From: Pseudomonas phage vB_PaeP_TUMS_P10
DNA length: 64,000 nucleotides
Strand: one strand, 5' to 3'
Sequence record: OM782452.1
The position numbers were made by a program, and so were the translations under genes. Shown piece after piece: positions 54,354-64,000 of this stretch. Positions within the stretch are counted from its first letter, which is position 1; every line of letters starts with the position of its first letter. A model generated the notes under the pieces. It made no database searches. It was not told where the DNA came from and saw nothing but the letters and a program-made list of their open reading frames with translations.

Positions 54354-56981
54354 TCACTTCTTCTCCTTCAATGCGGCTGCGTGTGCAGTACATTGCTCTT
54401 GAAGCCGCTCAACAGTTATTGGGTAATCCAAAGTGCAGGCATGTGCCCACGACGGCCAGAAGAGATCCAGATTCGCACCGATCTTTACTTGATCATGCGC
54501 AATAGCGGGATCTTCCTGCCAGGACATCTCTTCACAGAGATTATTGTTGACCCATGCCACACACTCAGGATCATCAGGGAACAGCACATAGATGGCGTCA
54601 TGGATCAACGCCACAATGTGAATCTCTTCCCGCCACTTACTTGCCAGTACACGCTTACGGAAAGCTACTGCTGCCCGATTGTTCAGCAAGCCCCAGGACT
54701 GACCGGACACTGCGTTTCCAGCGCTCCGAGATTCAGCTGCTGCCTGCTTAGGCGTGACTTTCAAGTTCAGCATGGTGTTGCCGAGCAGGGGTGTGCGTAG
54801 CTTCAGGCCGAAAGCCAGCTGTACATACCCCTGTTTTGTTGCCTTGTTGATCTCAGAGGCCACCCACTGACGGCTTGCGTCGTAGAGTTTGTGGTAGTTC
54901 TCTTCGATCTTCTTGGCTTCCTCTTCCGAGAAGCCGACGTTCTTCACAAGCCCCGCTGCACTACCACCATACTGGAGCAGGAAGTGCGGAGCCTTTGCAT
55001 CACCCCGTAGACCGGGATACTTTTGCTGGATTGAGTTGATGGACTCGACAGTATCGACGATGCCCACACATTTCTCAGGCCAGAACGCAAAGGTACGCAT
55101 TGAGTGTCCGTCGTACCCATCTGTGTACACTTTGATCTTGTTGGGATCTCGTGTTAACAGAGCATTGATCCGGTCCTCCAGTGCTGCGAAGTCGGCACCT
55201 CCGAAGAGATAGCCTTTAGCTGCCATGAAGATGGACTTGATCAACTTACCGTAGGCTGAACCAGACGGAAGGTTCTGCATGTTGGGATCCGACGAACTCA
55301 GCCGACCGGAGATCGTGCCACCAAGGTTGAATGAGCCATGGAGGTACAACATCCCATCAGCTTTCAGTCTTCCCGCCTTGAAGGCTGGTATGAAAGCAGA
55401 AAGGATCTTCTGTACACGATCCAGGTCAATCATTGCTTGGAGCAGACCCTTGAAGGATGCTCCAGCAGGGTGGCGTATGAGCTTTGTCAGCTCATCTCCT
55501 CCGGTTGCCGGCTGGCCAGTAGGTGTTTTGTCCAGGACAGGCAAACCAATGACCTTATGAAGCAGCAATGCCTTCTGAGGACCACTTCCAGGGTTGAACT
55601 CGATGTGACTGAAGTCATCAATCGTTTTCTGGATGGTTTTCAGGGTGGCATTCTTCTTCACCATGGCTTCTTCACGCAGCAACAGAGTTGTCCGGTGAAC
55701 CATGGGATCCTGCATGATGGTATTGAAGTAACCATCTCGCAGTTTGGTCAGTTCGGTTTCCACTTCAGCCAGTCGTTTGGGGCACATGGGCATCCCTACC
55801 AGTTCGGTATGGATGATCATCTCCTGGCTTTCCATGAACAGGCCGTGATACAGCTGGTCTTGTTTCTCGGCGACCATCACAGGGTAGTACTTGTTCCACA
55901 CGTACATCGTGGTAACCGCATCGACTGCGTTGTACTCCATCAGTTGATCCAACGGGATCTTCCTGATGTCCTTGATGTCATCGCCTTGGGACCAATCCCC
56001 GGCATGTTCCTGTCCTAGGTCTTTCAAGCTATAGCTTGGGGAAGACGTGCTGTTCAGTGCGAGGTATGCAACTACTTTCGTGTCCTGCATACCCCTGCAC
56101 ATGATCTCCAACCCCCGCAGCATCCCGACCTTATCCAGGTCGTGTGCCATGTACAGTTGGTAGATCAGTACCTTCACGTCGAAGTTCGCCTTGTGGTAGA
56201 TCAGCTGGCCTTTGTACTGCTCAAAGAACCAACGCAGTACATCCCGCATTGGCTCATTGGTTTCACAGTACCCGTGTAGACCATCTACCGGATCCGCCAA
56301 CGCTTGGTAGTCCACTTGGATTTGCACCGCATCATGCTGTGACCAAGCGAAACCAATGGTGGCGATACCTGAGTCGAACATGCTCAGACTGAACCCCTCG
56401 ATATCGCAGGTTAACTCCGGCTTATCGAGTAGCTTGCTCAGCTGGTCCTTCGCTTTAGCTACCTCGTCTCGGTACACATAAGTCACGTCCCGGAGCAGGT
56501 CTTCGCCAACAGGCACGTACCTACCGCTTGCGTGATCTACTATCACTTTCAGGCCGATTTCCAATTTGTCCCGTTTACCGGGATCGAAGATCAGAACCTG
56601 GTAGTTCAGGCCGTACACCACCTTGAAGTCTTCGTAGCCTGGCCAGACGCAATCAAGTACGTTGCCCCAGTTGGCCTCTGTCTTCTGCTTGGTCAGTGCT
56701 TTGAAATAGGTGGCATCAGCACAGTAGATATACCGAGTCTTCAGGTCTTTCAGTGTGGGGAGCAACTCATCTTGCAGATACTCCTTCACACGTTTGGCGG
56801 ATACCTTGCCCCTGGCTTCATAAGCCAGAGAGATGGCAATCACGTCCGAGTTCTGCACCCCGAGTTGCTTCAGCGGAGGCAGATAGTTCCTTTCCAGTTC
56901 GTGCTTCCGAAGGGCATCCTCCTTAAGGAGAATGGCCACCGGATACCTTTCCTGGGCATCAGTGAACTGAACATACTTCAT
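54354..56981 (-). CDS. DNA polymerase, family A
   Basis: 875 aa; motif A GADFAALEDRI, motif C LIHDAIYV; GGAGG RBS. Confidence 0.8.
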   Translation of the reverse strand: MKYVQFTDAQERYPVAILLKEDALRKHELERNYLPPLKQLGVQNSDVIAISLAYEARGKVSAKRVKEYLQDELLPTLKDLKTRYIYCADATYFKALTKQKTEANWGNVLDCVWPGYEDFKVVYGLNYQVLIFDPGKRDKLEIGLKVIVDHASGRYVPVGEDLLRDVTYVYRDEVAKAKDQLSKLLDKPELTCDIEGFSLSMFDSGIATIGFAWSQHDAVQIQVDYQALADPVDGLHGYCETNEPMRDVLRWFFEQYKGQLIYHKANFDVKVLIYQLYMAHDLDKVGMLRGLEIMCRGMQDTKVVAYLALNSTSSPSYSLKDLGQEHAGDWSQGDDIKDIRKIPLDQLMEYNAVDAVTTMYVWNKYYPVMVAEKQDQLYHGLFMESQEMIIHTELVGMPMCPKRLAEVETELTKLRDGYFNTIMQDPMVHRTTLLLREEAMVKKNATLKTIQKTIDDFSHIEFNPGSGPQKALLLHKVIGLPVLDKTPTGQPATGGDELTKLIRHPAGASFKGLLQAMIDLDRVQKILSAFIPAFKAGRLKADGMLYLHGSFNLGGTISGRLSSSDPNMQNLPSGSAYGKLIKSIFMAAKGYLFGGADFAALEDRINALLTRDPNKIKVYTDGYDGHSMRTFAFWPEKCVGIVDTVESINSIQQKYPGLRGDAKAPHFLLQYGGSAAGLVKNVGFSEEEAKKIEENYHKLYDASRQWVASEINKATKQGYVQLAFGLKLRTPLLGNTMLNLKVTPKQAAAESRSAGNAVSGQSWGLLNNRAAVAFRKRVLASKWREEIHIVALIHDAIYVLFPDDPECVAWVNNNLCEEMSWQEDPAIAHDQVKIGANLDLFWPSWAHACTLDYPITVERLQEQCTAHAAALKEKK

Positions 56982-56985
56982 TGGT

Positions 56986-57519
56986 TTAATCCTCCGACAG
57001 GAACAGGTTGGAGGTAACCCTTTTCAGCATGGTTTCGTAGTGGGGTTGATAGGCGCCAAGACTGTCTCCAGCTGCCTGGAAGCTCAGACCTTCCATTGGA
57101 ATTTCCAAAGCTTCATAGACGCTGGAGATGTTCTTTCGTAAACCATCCGGGATGCACTTCAGGTAGTCCCGGAAGTCGTCAGACTTGTTCAGGACGTGGC
57201 TGATGTACATACCAACTTGGGTTTGCTCATCCACAAGGATGGGATCCCACTGGTTTAGCAGAGCCTCGTACTCCGGAAGCAACTGCTTGGAAGCTCGCGG
57301 AACTACCTCCGAGGAACGAAGGTTTGTCTTGACTCCCGGAACCGCCAACAACCGTGCGCGGACGCGCACGCAGAGAATTGAATCACCGCGAATAGCAGCA
57401 TCTCTCTGCAACAGCTGTAGCAACTGGTTGTGGTAGACCCTCTCCGGTTTCTCGTACAAGCCCCGGAGAATGGCCGTCTTCAGGAGTGATTTGAACCGGA
57501 TCTGATTGGCCCTGCTCAT
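56986..57519 (-). CDS. hypothetical protein
   Basis: 177 aa from the first ATG (TGATG overlap with the helicase stop). Confidence 0.45.
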   Translation of the reverse strand: MSRANQIRFKSLLKTAILRGLYEKPERVYHNQLLQLLQRDAAIRGDSILCVRVRARLLAVPGVKTNLRSSEVVPRASKQLLPEYEALLNQWDPILVDEQTQVGMYISHVLNKSDDFRDYLKCIPDGLRKNISSVYEALEIPMEGLSFQAAGDSLGAYQPHYETMLKRVTSNLFLSED

Positions 57520-58769
57520 CACATGTCCCCCGTCATGATTACCCCTTTCCTGGCCCTGCTGAAAGCAACGTACAAGGCACGGGCCAGTTGATTGGGATGG
57601 TGGATCTTCTTACAGATGTCATCCAAATCAATGAACACCCAGTCGAAGGTAGAGCCTTGCGACTTGGTTACCGTGCAGGCGAAGGATGGCCGCAGGTCAA
57701 TCACGAACCCCCCCATATCATGGAGAGTGTCGTAGTCATCCTGCTTACGAGCCAGTGACAGCCGTGCCTTGTAGTCCACACGGGACTTGGGCAGGAAGTA
57801 GCAGCCCTTGCTTCCCCTCAAGTTCACGAGGTAACCCTCGATATCGAACTCGATGGTCTCTTTCAGGCCGGCGATCATCACTTCCTGACCGGTGCTGAGG
57901 GTTTCCTTCCGGTTGATCACAGCCTCGTTGACCAACATGCGTTGGCCTTCCATCGGTCTGCTGGTCCCGTAGATTTCCTGAGACATGTAGTTGTTCATGT
58001 TGATCACAGCCACATTGGTATGGGCCAGGATCTTCACGTTACCCCAGGTATCAGGATCCTTGAACGCATCCTTGGCCAGTTCTTGCCACTGGTTTCGAGG
58101 CAGGTGCTGCAACTGGTCCCCGTCCAACTTGATCTTGGGCCAGGGACCACCGAACACAGTAGAACGGAGGGCAGTACACAGTTCAGCCAAGGGGCCAGTA
58201 GCCTGACGCTTGACCTCGGTCAGTTCGATGATCAACTTACTGGCTTCGAAAGCCGGCATGTAGTGCGAACCAACCGGGGTCAACTGGCCATTGTCGCCGA
58301 TGAACAGGATCTTGCAGTTGATGGTCTGCTTGTAGATCAAGCCCAGCAGGCGTTGGTCGATGTGACTGGCTTCGTCGATGATGATCAGGGCATTCTCTAC
58401 GGGTACAGCATTGCCCTTGAGCGCCAATTCAGACTTGCCGGTCTTCAGGTTCTTACGAACCGTGGCACCGATGAGTGAATGGATGGTGGAGACTGGGTAA
58501 CCGGACTCCTTCGACAGGTGAGACAGAGCCTCACAAGCCTGGTGAGTGGTGGCCGTCAGATGTACGTCCCGAGGGACGTAGGATTCATCCACGATCTTGC
58601 ACAGGCGGTCGTACTTGGGCAGTACACTGAGGATATGCTGCACCAGAGTAGACTTACCGGTGCCAGCCCAGCCGGTGAGTAGAAGGATGGGTTCGAGACT
58701 CATGTAAAACTTAGCAAAGAGTTCAAACCCATCCTTCTGGCCTTGAGTCAGTTCTTCAAAATCGACCAT
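57519..58769 (-). CDS. Dda/RecD-like SF1 DNA helicase
   Basis: Walker A GWAGTGKST, Walker B IIIDEASH, plus FIGDNGQL, VTKSQGSTFD and YVAFSRAR motifs. Confidence 0.8.
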   Translation of the reverse strand: MVDFEELTQGQKDGFELFAKFYMSLEPILLLTGWAGTGKSTLVQHILSVLPKYDRLCKIVDESYVPRDVHLTATTHQACEALSHLSKESGYPVSTIHSLIGATVRKNLKTGKSELALKGNAVPVENALIIIDEASHIDQRLLGLIYKQTINCKILFIGDNGQLTPVGSHYMPAFEASKLIIELTEVKRQATGPLAELCTALRSTVFGGPWPKIKLDGDQLQHLPRNQWQELAKDAFKDPDTWGNVKILAHTNVAVINMNNYMSQEIYGTSRPMEGQRMLVNEAVINRKETLSTGQEVMIAGLKETIEFDIEGYLVNLRGSKGCYFLPKSRVDYKARLSLARKQDDYDTLHDMGGFVIDLRPSFACTVTKSQGSTFDWVFIDLDDICKKIHHPNQLARALYVAFSRARKGVIMTGDM

Positions 58770-59975
58770 CTAGACCTCAAAATGAGTCACTTGTCCGAAG
58801 TCGATCTTGAAGCTGGGATTGCCATGGATCATCCACAGGATAGGTACACCTGGGTTGCGATCCGGGGCACGCCAGAAACCGCCATCGGTGAATACCACCA
58901 CGGCAGTAGGCTTGTGCTTCTCGACGTAGGCCAAGACAGGGTTGATGTCAGTGCCACCGCGACCCTCAAGCTTCGCTTTCAGCAGATCCTTGGTACTGCG
59001 GATCTTGGTGACGTTCATGATCTCGGTGTCGAAAGTCAGCATGTGCATGCTCTCAGGCTTCAGCTTCTTCAGGACACCGTTGAACTCGGAGATGTACCGC
59101 TTGACCTCCTCGTCCGTCACAGAGCCGGACAGGTCGAAGCAGAAGAGGATATCTCCGACTGCCTTGCCCTTCAGGCTCGGTAGATAGTACCGACTTGCGG
59201 TACGCCGGTTGGGCCGTTCCCAGGTGAAGCCACGCTTGTTGAAGCGGGTGAAGAACCGTTGCAACTTGGCAGCCAAGGGCAGCTTGGGTTGCAGCAGGTT
59301 GTCCAAGAAGACGGTCACGTCACCAGGGATGGAACCGGCTTGACCGGCCTGGCGAGCAGCAGTGGCAGCGGCTACGATGATGTCGGTCATCTCACCTTCG
59401 TCCTGACCATCTTCCCCTTTACCGGGACGCAGGTCGTCCATGGGATCGCCATTGGGATCGAATAACGAATCGCCACTGCCTTCGCCTTCACCGCCCTTAC
59501 CGTTCTGCTTGGCTTCTTCGAGCAGGGCTTGATAGACCTCTTCGGTCGTCATGCCCTTGTACTTGTCGTCCTGGCACCACTTGCATTCCCTGCCGTTCTT
59601 GTCCTTCCAGATCAACGGAGCGAAGTTGGATTCCTTCAACTCTTGGTTGATCACGAAGTCGCCGGCGATGTTCCACAAGGTACACATGCCGCCACCGGGA
59701 GTCTTCACGATGGCTTTGCGGTGTTCCATTCGCTGGGCATGGAGACGGACGATGTGCCCGATCTCATGTGCCAGCAGGGTTTCCTGCTGAGCCTTGGTCA
59801 AACCAGAGAAGAACTCCAGGTTGATGCCCATCTTGGTCCCTTGGACGTAAGCGGTGGGCATCTCGTCGTCTTGGTGATACCGAAGACGCATTGCAACGTT
59901 GGCCAGGAAGACCGAATTGGGCCGTTCCATGAGCCGGATCTTGGCTTTCGAAACCATCTCATTGAAGCTACTCAT
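58770..59975 (-). CDS. VWA-domain protein with N-terminal HExxH metallopeptidase-like motif (MoxR partner)
   Basis: LAHEIGHIVRLH; MIDAS-like DLSGS...GGTD; adjacent to a MoxR-like ATPase. Confidence 0.6.
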   Translation of the reverse strand: MSSFNEMVSKAKIRLMERPNSVFLANVAMRLRYHQDDEMPTAYVQGTKMGINLEFFSGLTKAQQETLLAHEIGHIVRLHAQRMEHRKAIVKTPGGGMCTLWNIAGDFVINQELKESNFAPLIWKDKNGRECKWCQDDKYKGMTTEEVYQALLEEAKQNGKGGEGEGSGDSLFDPNGDPMDDLRPGKGEDGQDEGEMTDIIVAAATAARQAGQAGSIPGDVTVFLDNLLQPKLPLAAKLQRFFTRFNKRGFTWERPNRRTASRYYLPSLKGKAVGDILFCFDLSGSVTDEEVKRYISEFNGVLKKLKPESMHMLTFDTEIMNVTKIRSTKDLLKAKLEGRGGTDINPVLAYVEKHKPTAVVVFTDGGFWRAPDRNPGVPILWMIHGNPSFKIDFGQVTHFEV

Positions 59976-59976
59976 T

Positions 59977-60438
59977 TCAGTCTCCCGTGATGAGTTTGGT
60001 CATCCGCCAGAGTTTCCCCAGGCGGTACTGTTCCATGAACCTGTAGTTACTGGTTTGGTGTTTCATACCCCAAGCCAGACCCCGAATAGTGGCCTCCCCC
60101 AAGGACAGCTTCTTCCGGTACTTGAGCAGAGATGCTGCTTCGTAGGTGGATTCCGGGGTATCCGAAGACAGCACCCGGTACAACTCCACCTCTTCCGTAG
60201 CACTCTTGAAGTAGACGACTCCCACATCCACCAGAGTGACCGTGCCTACTTGATGGGGAAATAGCCCAACTACATGAGCTATCCCCGCATCTCGCAGGTG
60301 GTGTCTGTTGATGGAGAAACGGTCGTAATATTCATAGATATTCCAACCTTCGAACTCCCCCAATGGTTTGTAGGGGGCGTCCTCGAACACCTCATCTGCG
60401 GAAACCTCCGGAGGCACCACAAGGTAGTAGTTGCCCAT
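59977..60438 (-). CDS. hypothetical protein
   Basis: 153-aa ORF between the ATPase and the VWA gene. Confidence 0.45.
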   Translation of the reverse strand: MGNYYLVVPPEVSADEVFEDAPYKPLGEFEGWNIYEYYDRFSINRHHLRDAGIAHVVGLFPHQVGTVTLVDVGVVYFKSATEEVELYRVLSSDTPESTYEAASLLKYRKKLSLGEATIRGLAWGMKHQTSNYRFMEQYRLGKLWRMTKLITGD

Positions 60439-60455
60439 TTGATGCCTCCTTTGGC

Positions 60456-61526
60456 TTAGAGCAGTTTGTCGGCGTTGGCCATCATCCAGTTGGAGATGGC
60501 CGGCACGGAGATCAGACCGGCACCACGGCGCTTGACTGCCCCTTTCAGAGCAACAACACGGTAGTCAGCCGGCAGGCGGTTGATGTACTTGAGCAGTTGC
60601 TCCGCGTTCTCGGCATCCATGATCTCGCCGATAGCGCCGCAGATTGCACACAGCAGACCGGGGTTGTCTTCCGGCACCGATACGGTTTCCGGGTTGTTGA
60701 TCAAGTCCTCGGCCTTCGGTACGGACTCGTAGTAGTCCACGAATGCCTTGAAGGTAACCACGTTACCCATGCCGATGGCACCGGCCAGAGCAACACGGTT
60801 TTCCATGCTGTTCAGGATGGTGTGGACTTGGCCGTTGGAGTCGGAAACCATGTCGCTGATGAGGGCGTTGGCGAACTCCCAGGTACGAGGTGCTGCGTAG
60901 ATCTGGCCCTCGTTGGCCGGGTCGAAGGTGTAGAAGGCGTTCGGCTGGAACTCCAGATAGGAGGTGATGACGCTGCTGTAGCCGTTCGGCAGAGCGACGT
61001 TGTTCAGCCAGGACTTCAGGTCGTGCTCGACGTACAGGTGTACGAAGCGGCTGATGAGCGCCGAGGACAGCGGGTTGACGATGGCACCGTCGGTTTCCAG
61101 GTTACCGGCAGCGACGATGGCCACCGAAGGATGCAGGTTCTTGTGGCCGACCATGCGGTCCAGGACCAGCTTGTACGCCGCTGCTTGACGGGTATCGTCC
61201 GCCGAGTTGATCTCGTCCAGGAACAGCAGCCAGCCGTTGTAGCCTGCCGGGATCTTGTCCCCTTCGAGGGGGAGGTGATCGAAGGTCTTGAAGGTGGCAC
61301 GGTCACCGGCCAGGTCCGGCAGACCCTTCAGGTCGGTGGGGTCGCACTGAGACAGGCGTTCGTCGATCACCAGCAGGTTGAACTCCTTGGCCAGGTTCTT
61401 GACCAGGGCGGACTTGCCGATTGCCGGCGAACCGTGAAGCATGGGGACCAGGCCGCACTTGAGGTAGCGACGCAGGATGTTGCCGGCCTTGAAGATGGAT
61501 ACTTTCTGAGTTTCGTCGAAGTGCAT
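60456..61526 (-). CDS. MoxR-like AAA+ ATPase
   Basis: Walker A GSPAIGKS, Walker B LLFLDEIN; 356 aa. Confidence 0.7.
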   Translation of the reverse strand: MHFDETQKVSIFKAGNILRRYLKCGLVPMLHGSPAIGKSALVKNLAKEFNLLVIDERLSQCDPTDLKGLPDLAGDRATFKTFDHLPLEGDKIPAGYNGWLLFLDEINSADDTRQAAAYKLVLDRMVGHKNLHPSVAIVAAGNLETDGAIVNPLSSALISRFVHLYVEHDLKSWLNNVALPNGYSSVITSYLEFQPNAFYTFDPANEGQIYAAPRTWEFANALISDMVSDSNGQVHTILNSMENRVALAGAIGMGNVVTFKAFVDYYESVPKAEDLINNPETVSVPEDNPGLLCAICGAIGEIMDAENAEQLLKYINRLPADYRVVALKGAVKRRGAGLISVPAISNWMMANADKLL

Positions 61527-61560
61527 GATGTTCTCCAGATTGAACAGTGATTGGTTTCAG

Positions 61561-62403
61561 TTAACGGGTTGCTGCGCCACGGGAGAAGTCCAGCGGCTGC
61601 TTGTGGGGTGAACGGGCCGGTCGCTTCTGCGAAGGCTTCTTGGCCTGGAAGCCACCTTCGATGAAGTACTGGTGAACCAGGGTGTTGATGAACCGAACGC
61701 CCAGGGTGTTGCTGTCGTAGCCTTGCTTGATGGCTTCGGCAATGGCCTTGCGGGCCGTGTCGCGCTTCACGGAAGAGAACAGTTCGAGGTAACCCTCCAT
61801 CAGCGCCGAGCGATTGAGCAGGCCCAGGAGATCGTCTAGGGTCGGCTTCTCCAGATGGAAGTGCAGAGGCACACGGCCCAGGAACTCGTTCTTAACGCCG
61901 ACCGAACGCAGGTCGTCGAGGTTGTGCATGTCCACGCCATTGAAGGCGCCGGCGAAGATGAAGAGGACTTTGCCCACGTTCACTTCTTGGTACTTGCCGT
62001 AGTCGCCGTAGACCTTGGTGATATCCGATTCCAGCATCTTCAGGAATTCATTCTGAACCCCCGCAGTGCTTTCATGGGCCAGGTCCGAGTTGGAATTGCC
62101 GGCGATCAACAGCTTGTCGAACTCATCGGCGAACACAACCGTGGGAACGCCGGAGAATCCTTTAACAGCGGCCATCTCTTTGGCCAGACTGTTACCTGAC
62201 AAGCCTTCTTTCGTCAGCTGAGCACAGTTGATCTCGACGAAGGGCAGTTCGAGTTCTTCTGCGATGGCTTGAACGGTGTACGACTTACCCGCACCACTGG
62301 AACCAGTGAGGATGAAGTGCGGTCGCACGGTTCCGATGGACTCCATGTGTACCGTCATGCATCGACGGATGGATTCGATTGCACTTGCATTGATGTTGGT
62401 CAT
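61561..62403 (-). CDS. AAA+ ATPase (second, distinct)
   Basis: Walker A LTGSSGAGKSYT, Walker B VVFADEFD; start refined to MTNINAS with an AGGAG RBS. Confidence 0.6.
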   Translation of the reverse strand: MTNINASAIESIRRCMTVHMESIGTVRPHFILTGSSGAGKSYTVQAIAEELELPFVEINCAQLTKEGLSGNSLAKEMAAVKGFSGVPTVVFADEFDKLLIAGNSNSDLAHESTAGVQNEFLKMLESDITKVYGDYGKYQEVNVGKVLFIFAGAFNGVDMHNLDDLRSVGVKNEFLGRVPLHFHLEKPTLDDLLGLLNRSALMEGYLELFSSVKRDTARKAIAEAIKQGYDSNTLGVRFINTLVHQYFIEGGFQAKKPSQKRPARSPHKQPLDFSRGAATR

Positions 62404-62585
62404 TACAAACTCCTGTAGACTTAGGTTTCTTTCATTAGAGAGGGACACACAATGGCTGCACCAGAATTCAAACTGATGCACTGAAAACTATTCACCTGAT
62501 ACTGTTGATTGGTTATATCTAACTACCCATGGCGAGAATCCGTCGGGTGTTATCGAACTGGTGGACTTCGGTTACGGCAATGACT

Positions 62586-62783
62586 TCAACATGCCCCCTG
62601 AGCCGGAGGCGACTCGCGAAGAGTCTTGAGTAGGGTATTGTGGTAGCCCATTAATGCTCGCATGAAGTCGTGATGGTTGCCCTCGGGAAGCAAGAGCCTT
62701 GCTTCTTCGAGGGCTTCTTTCGTTGTGGTGTAGGTTGGGTACAGCACCTGGGCTACAGGCCGTACTTCTTGAAACTGGCTCAT
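62586..62783 (-). CDS. hypothetical small protein
   Basis: 65 aa, AGGAGG RBS. Confidence 0.45.
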   Translation of the reverse strand: MSQFQEVRPVAQVLYPTYTTTKEALEEARLLLPEGNHHDFMRALMGYHNTLLKTLRESPPAQGAC

Positions 62784-62802
62784 GTAGCCTCCTTGGTTTC
62801 AG

Positions 62803-63261
62803 TTACTTGAAAGCCGCCCGGACCTTGGCCAAGGAGGTAGATGCCTCCTTCATGCTGGTCAGTATTTGGGCGATATGGTTCGGGTGTGTTTCCGGGGAGA
62901 TCCCAAGGGTTTCAGTGACCGCCTTCTTGAAAACCAGCAGGTCATTGCGCTCTGCCGTCAGGTTAATGATCTCTTCCTCCCTTCGTTTCAGTTCTTCTTG
63001 TAGAACCTGGTCACTCGCCAGGAGCATGTCCCTTTCTTCTACCACGGCCACGAATCCCTCACGTACCTCGGCCATCTCACCCAGGGTGAGGGTAGCAGAC
63101 TGTGTTTCGCTTTCCTGGGAAGGGGCGGAAACCTTTTCGATGGCAGAGTGGCTTCTCTGCCTGTACACCTTCATCGTTGTCTTGCCATCTTCCAGGTTGG
63201 AGATCCGGTAATGCATCTGGATCAGGGCCTCGTAGATCTCAGCGATCTTGTTGCTGTCCAT
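62803..63261 (-). CDS. hypothetical coiled-coil protein
   Basis: 152 aa, heptad-like charged repeats. Confidence 0.45.
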   Translation of the reverse strand: MDSNKIAEIYEALIQMHYRISNLEDGKTTMKVYRQRSHSAIEKVSAPSQESETQSATLTLGEMAEVREGFVAVVEERDMLLASDQVLQEELKRREEEIINLTAERNDLLVFKKAVTETLGISPETHPNHIAQILTSMKEASTSLAKVRAAFK

Positions 63262-63862
63262 ACGTTTTCCTCAGTAAGGTTGAGGGGAAGCTACCAATGT
63301 GGTCCCCTCGAATGTCGTTGAGATGCACGAAGCGGTATTCACGCCCCCATGCATCCGTGTTGATGTCACCGTTGACGCCGTAGACGTAGCCGGTGCGTAC
63401 CTTGTTCGAACCCGAGTTCAGACCCGCAGGGATCTTCACCGGGCAGCCGTACTTCATCTTCGCCGCCTCGTAGGCATTGATACCCGCTTTGTGATAAGCC
63501 ATGTACAGAAGCTCACCTTGCCGGCGACTGCACTGGATGATGGGATGTTCATCCAGCACACGAAGACGCAGGTAATAGTTCGGGCCGGTCTGGGCAACAC
63601 CGATCACGAATCGGGTATTCACCAGATGGCCACGGGTTACCTCCACGAACTTCGGAAGCCCTTGCTTCAGGGTAGCTATGGACTCCCGAGAGTAGACTGC
63701 GGTGTACAGCTTGAAGTTGTGGATGAACTGGACATCGAGCATCTTGTTGTCTGCCCGAATGTCCACGATGTTTGCTACAGGTTGGTCGAACTTACCCAGA
63801 CCCAGGGTTTCGAGGTCCAGGGTCTTGATCTCGTCCTCCCAAACCAAGGGAAGTCTGGCCAT
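63239..63862 (-). CDS. hypothetical protein
   Basis: 207-aa ORF. Confidence 0.45.
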   Translation of the reverse strand: MARLPLVWEDEIKTLDLETLGLGKFDQPVANIVDIRADNKMLDVQFIHNFKLYTAVYSRESIATLKQGLPKFVEVTRGHLVNTRFVIGVAQTGPNYYLRLRVLDEHPIIQCSRRQGELLYMAYHKAGINAYEAAKMKYGCPVKIPAGLNSGSNKVRTGYVYGVNGDINTDAWGREYRFVHLNDIRGDHIGSFPSTLLRKTYGQQQDR

Positions 63863-63865
63863 TGG

Positions 63866-64000
63866 TTATACCTTCTTGGCTTGGAGCGCCACGTTGGTAG
63901 CAGCCATTACGAACTGCTCATGGTTACGCTGGGTTGGCACCCGCTGAGCCGTGGTGTGGGCGTTCTTCAGGGTGTTGACCAGAGACATGAGACTGACCAT
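63866..64000 (-). CDS. hypothetical protein, 3' fragment (gene continues beyond the window)
   Basis: open reading frame running off the right edge on the minus strand. Confidence 0.3.
   Translation of the reverse strand: MVSLMSLVNTLKNAHTTAQRVPTQRNHEQFVMAATNVALQAKKV

Noticed and set aside
1-64000. tRNA genes or integrase/attachment sites
   Set aside because: No tRNA-like T-arm (GTTCRANNC) or cloverleaf context was found by eye in the intergenic regions. No integrase or recombinase ORF was seen. This is consistent with a virulent N4-like phage.

Overview
This 64-kb window appears to be most of the genome of an N4-like (Schitoviridae-type) podophage infecting a Gram-negative host; its ends and direct terminal repeats are not identifiable from the sequence.

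Main modules:
- 678-6818 (minus strand): a tandem, translationally coupled operon of 31 paralogous small genes (about 57-80 aa each), all sharing the motif h-x-x-[LIV]-L-x-x-K-[YH]-x-K-E plus a C-terminal W..W..[IV] segment. GC content looks lower than in the rest of the window.
- 6887-31706 (plus strand): the late/virion operon. It runs terminase, portal, scaffold, major capsid, virion proteins, then a 3403-aa giant virion RNA polymerase whose T7-like motifs A/B/C are readable in the translation. A dUTPase gene sits antisense inside this operon.
- 31720-40156 and 47664-64000 (minus strand): replication and metabolism genes. They include a MoxR-like ATPase with a VWA/HExxH partner, an extra AAA ATPase, a Dda-like helicase, a family-A DNA polymerase, dCMP deaminase, rIIA/rIIB-like proteins, a primase-like protein, a Cas4-like nuclease, a Sak4-like ATPase, a putative SSB and a RuvC-like resolvase.
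- 40539-47609 (plus strand): an island inserted between the two minus-strand halves. It carries a tail fibre, a tailspike with an SGNH-esterase domain, and a lysis cassette (SLT-type endolysin, i-spanin, embedded o-spanin).

The most unusual feature is the 31-gene early paralog array. Two hairpin-dense non-coding regions (32467-32864 and 40157-40538) are also worth a second look. Several long ORFs in the track are antisense artefacts of GC-rich coding sequence. The ORF track also translates TTG/GTG starts as M, so several listed 5' ends are probably too long.
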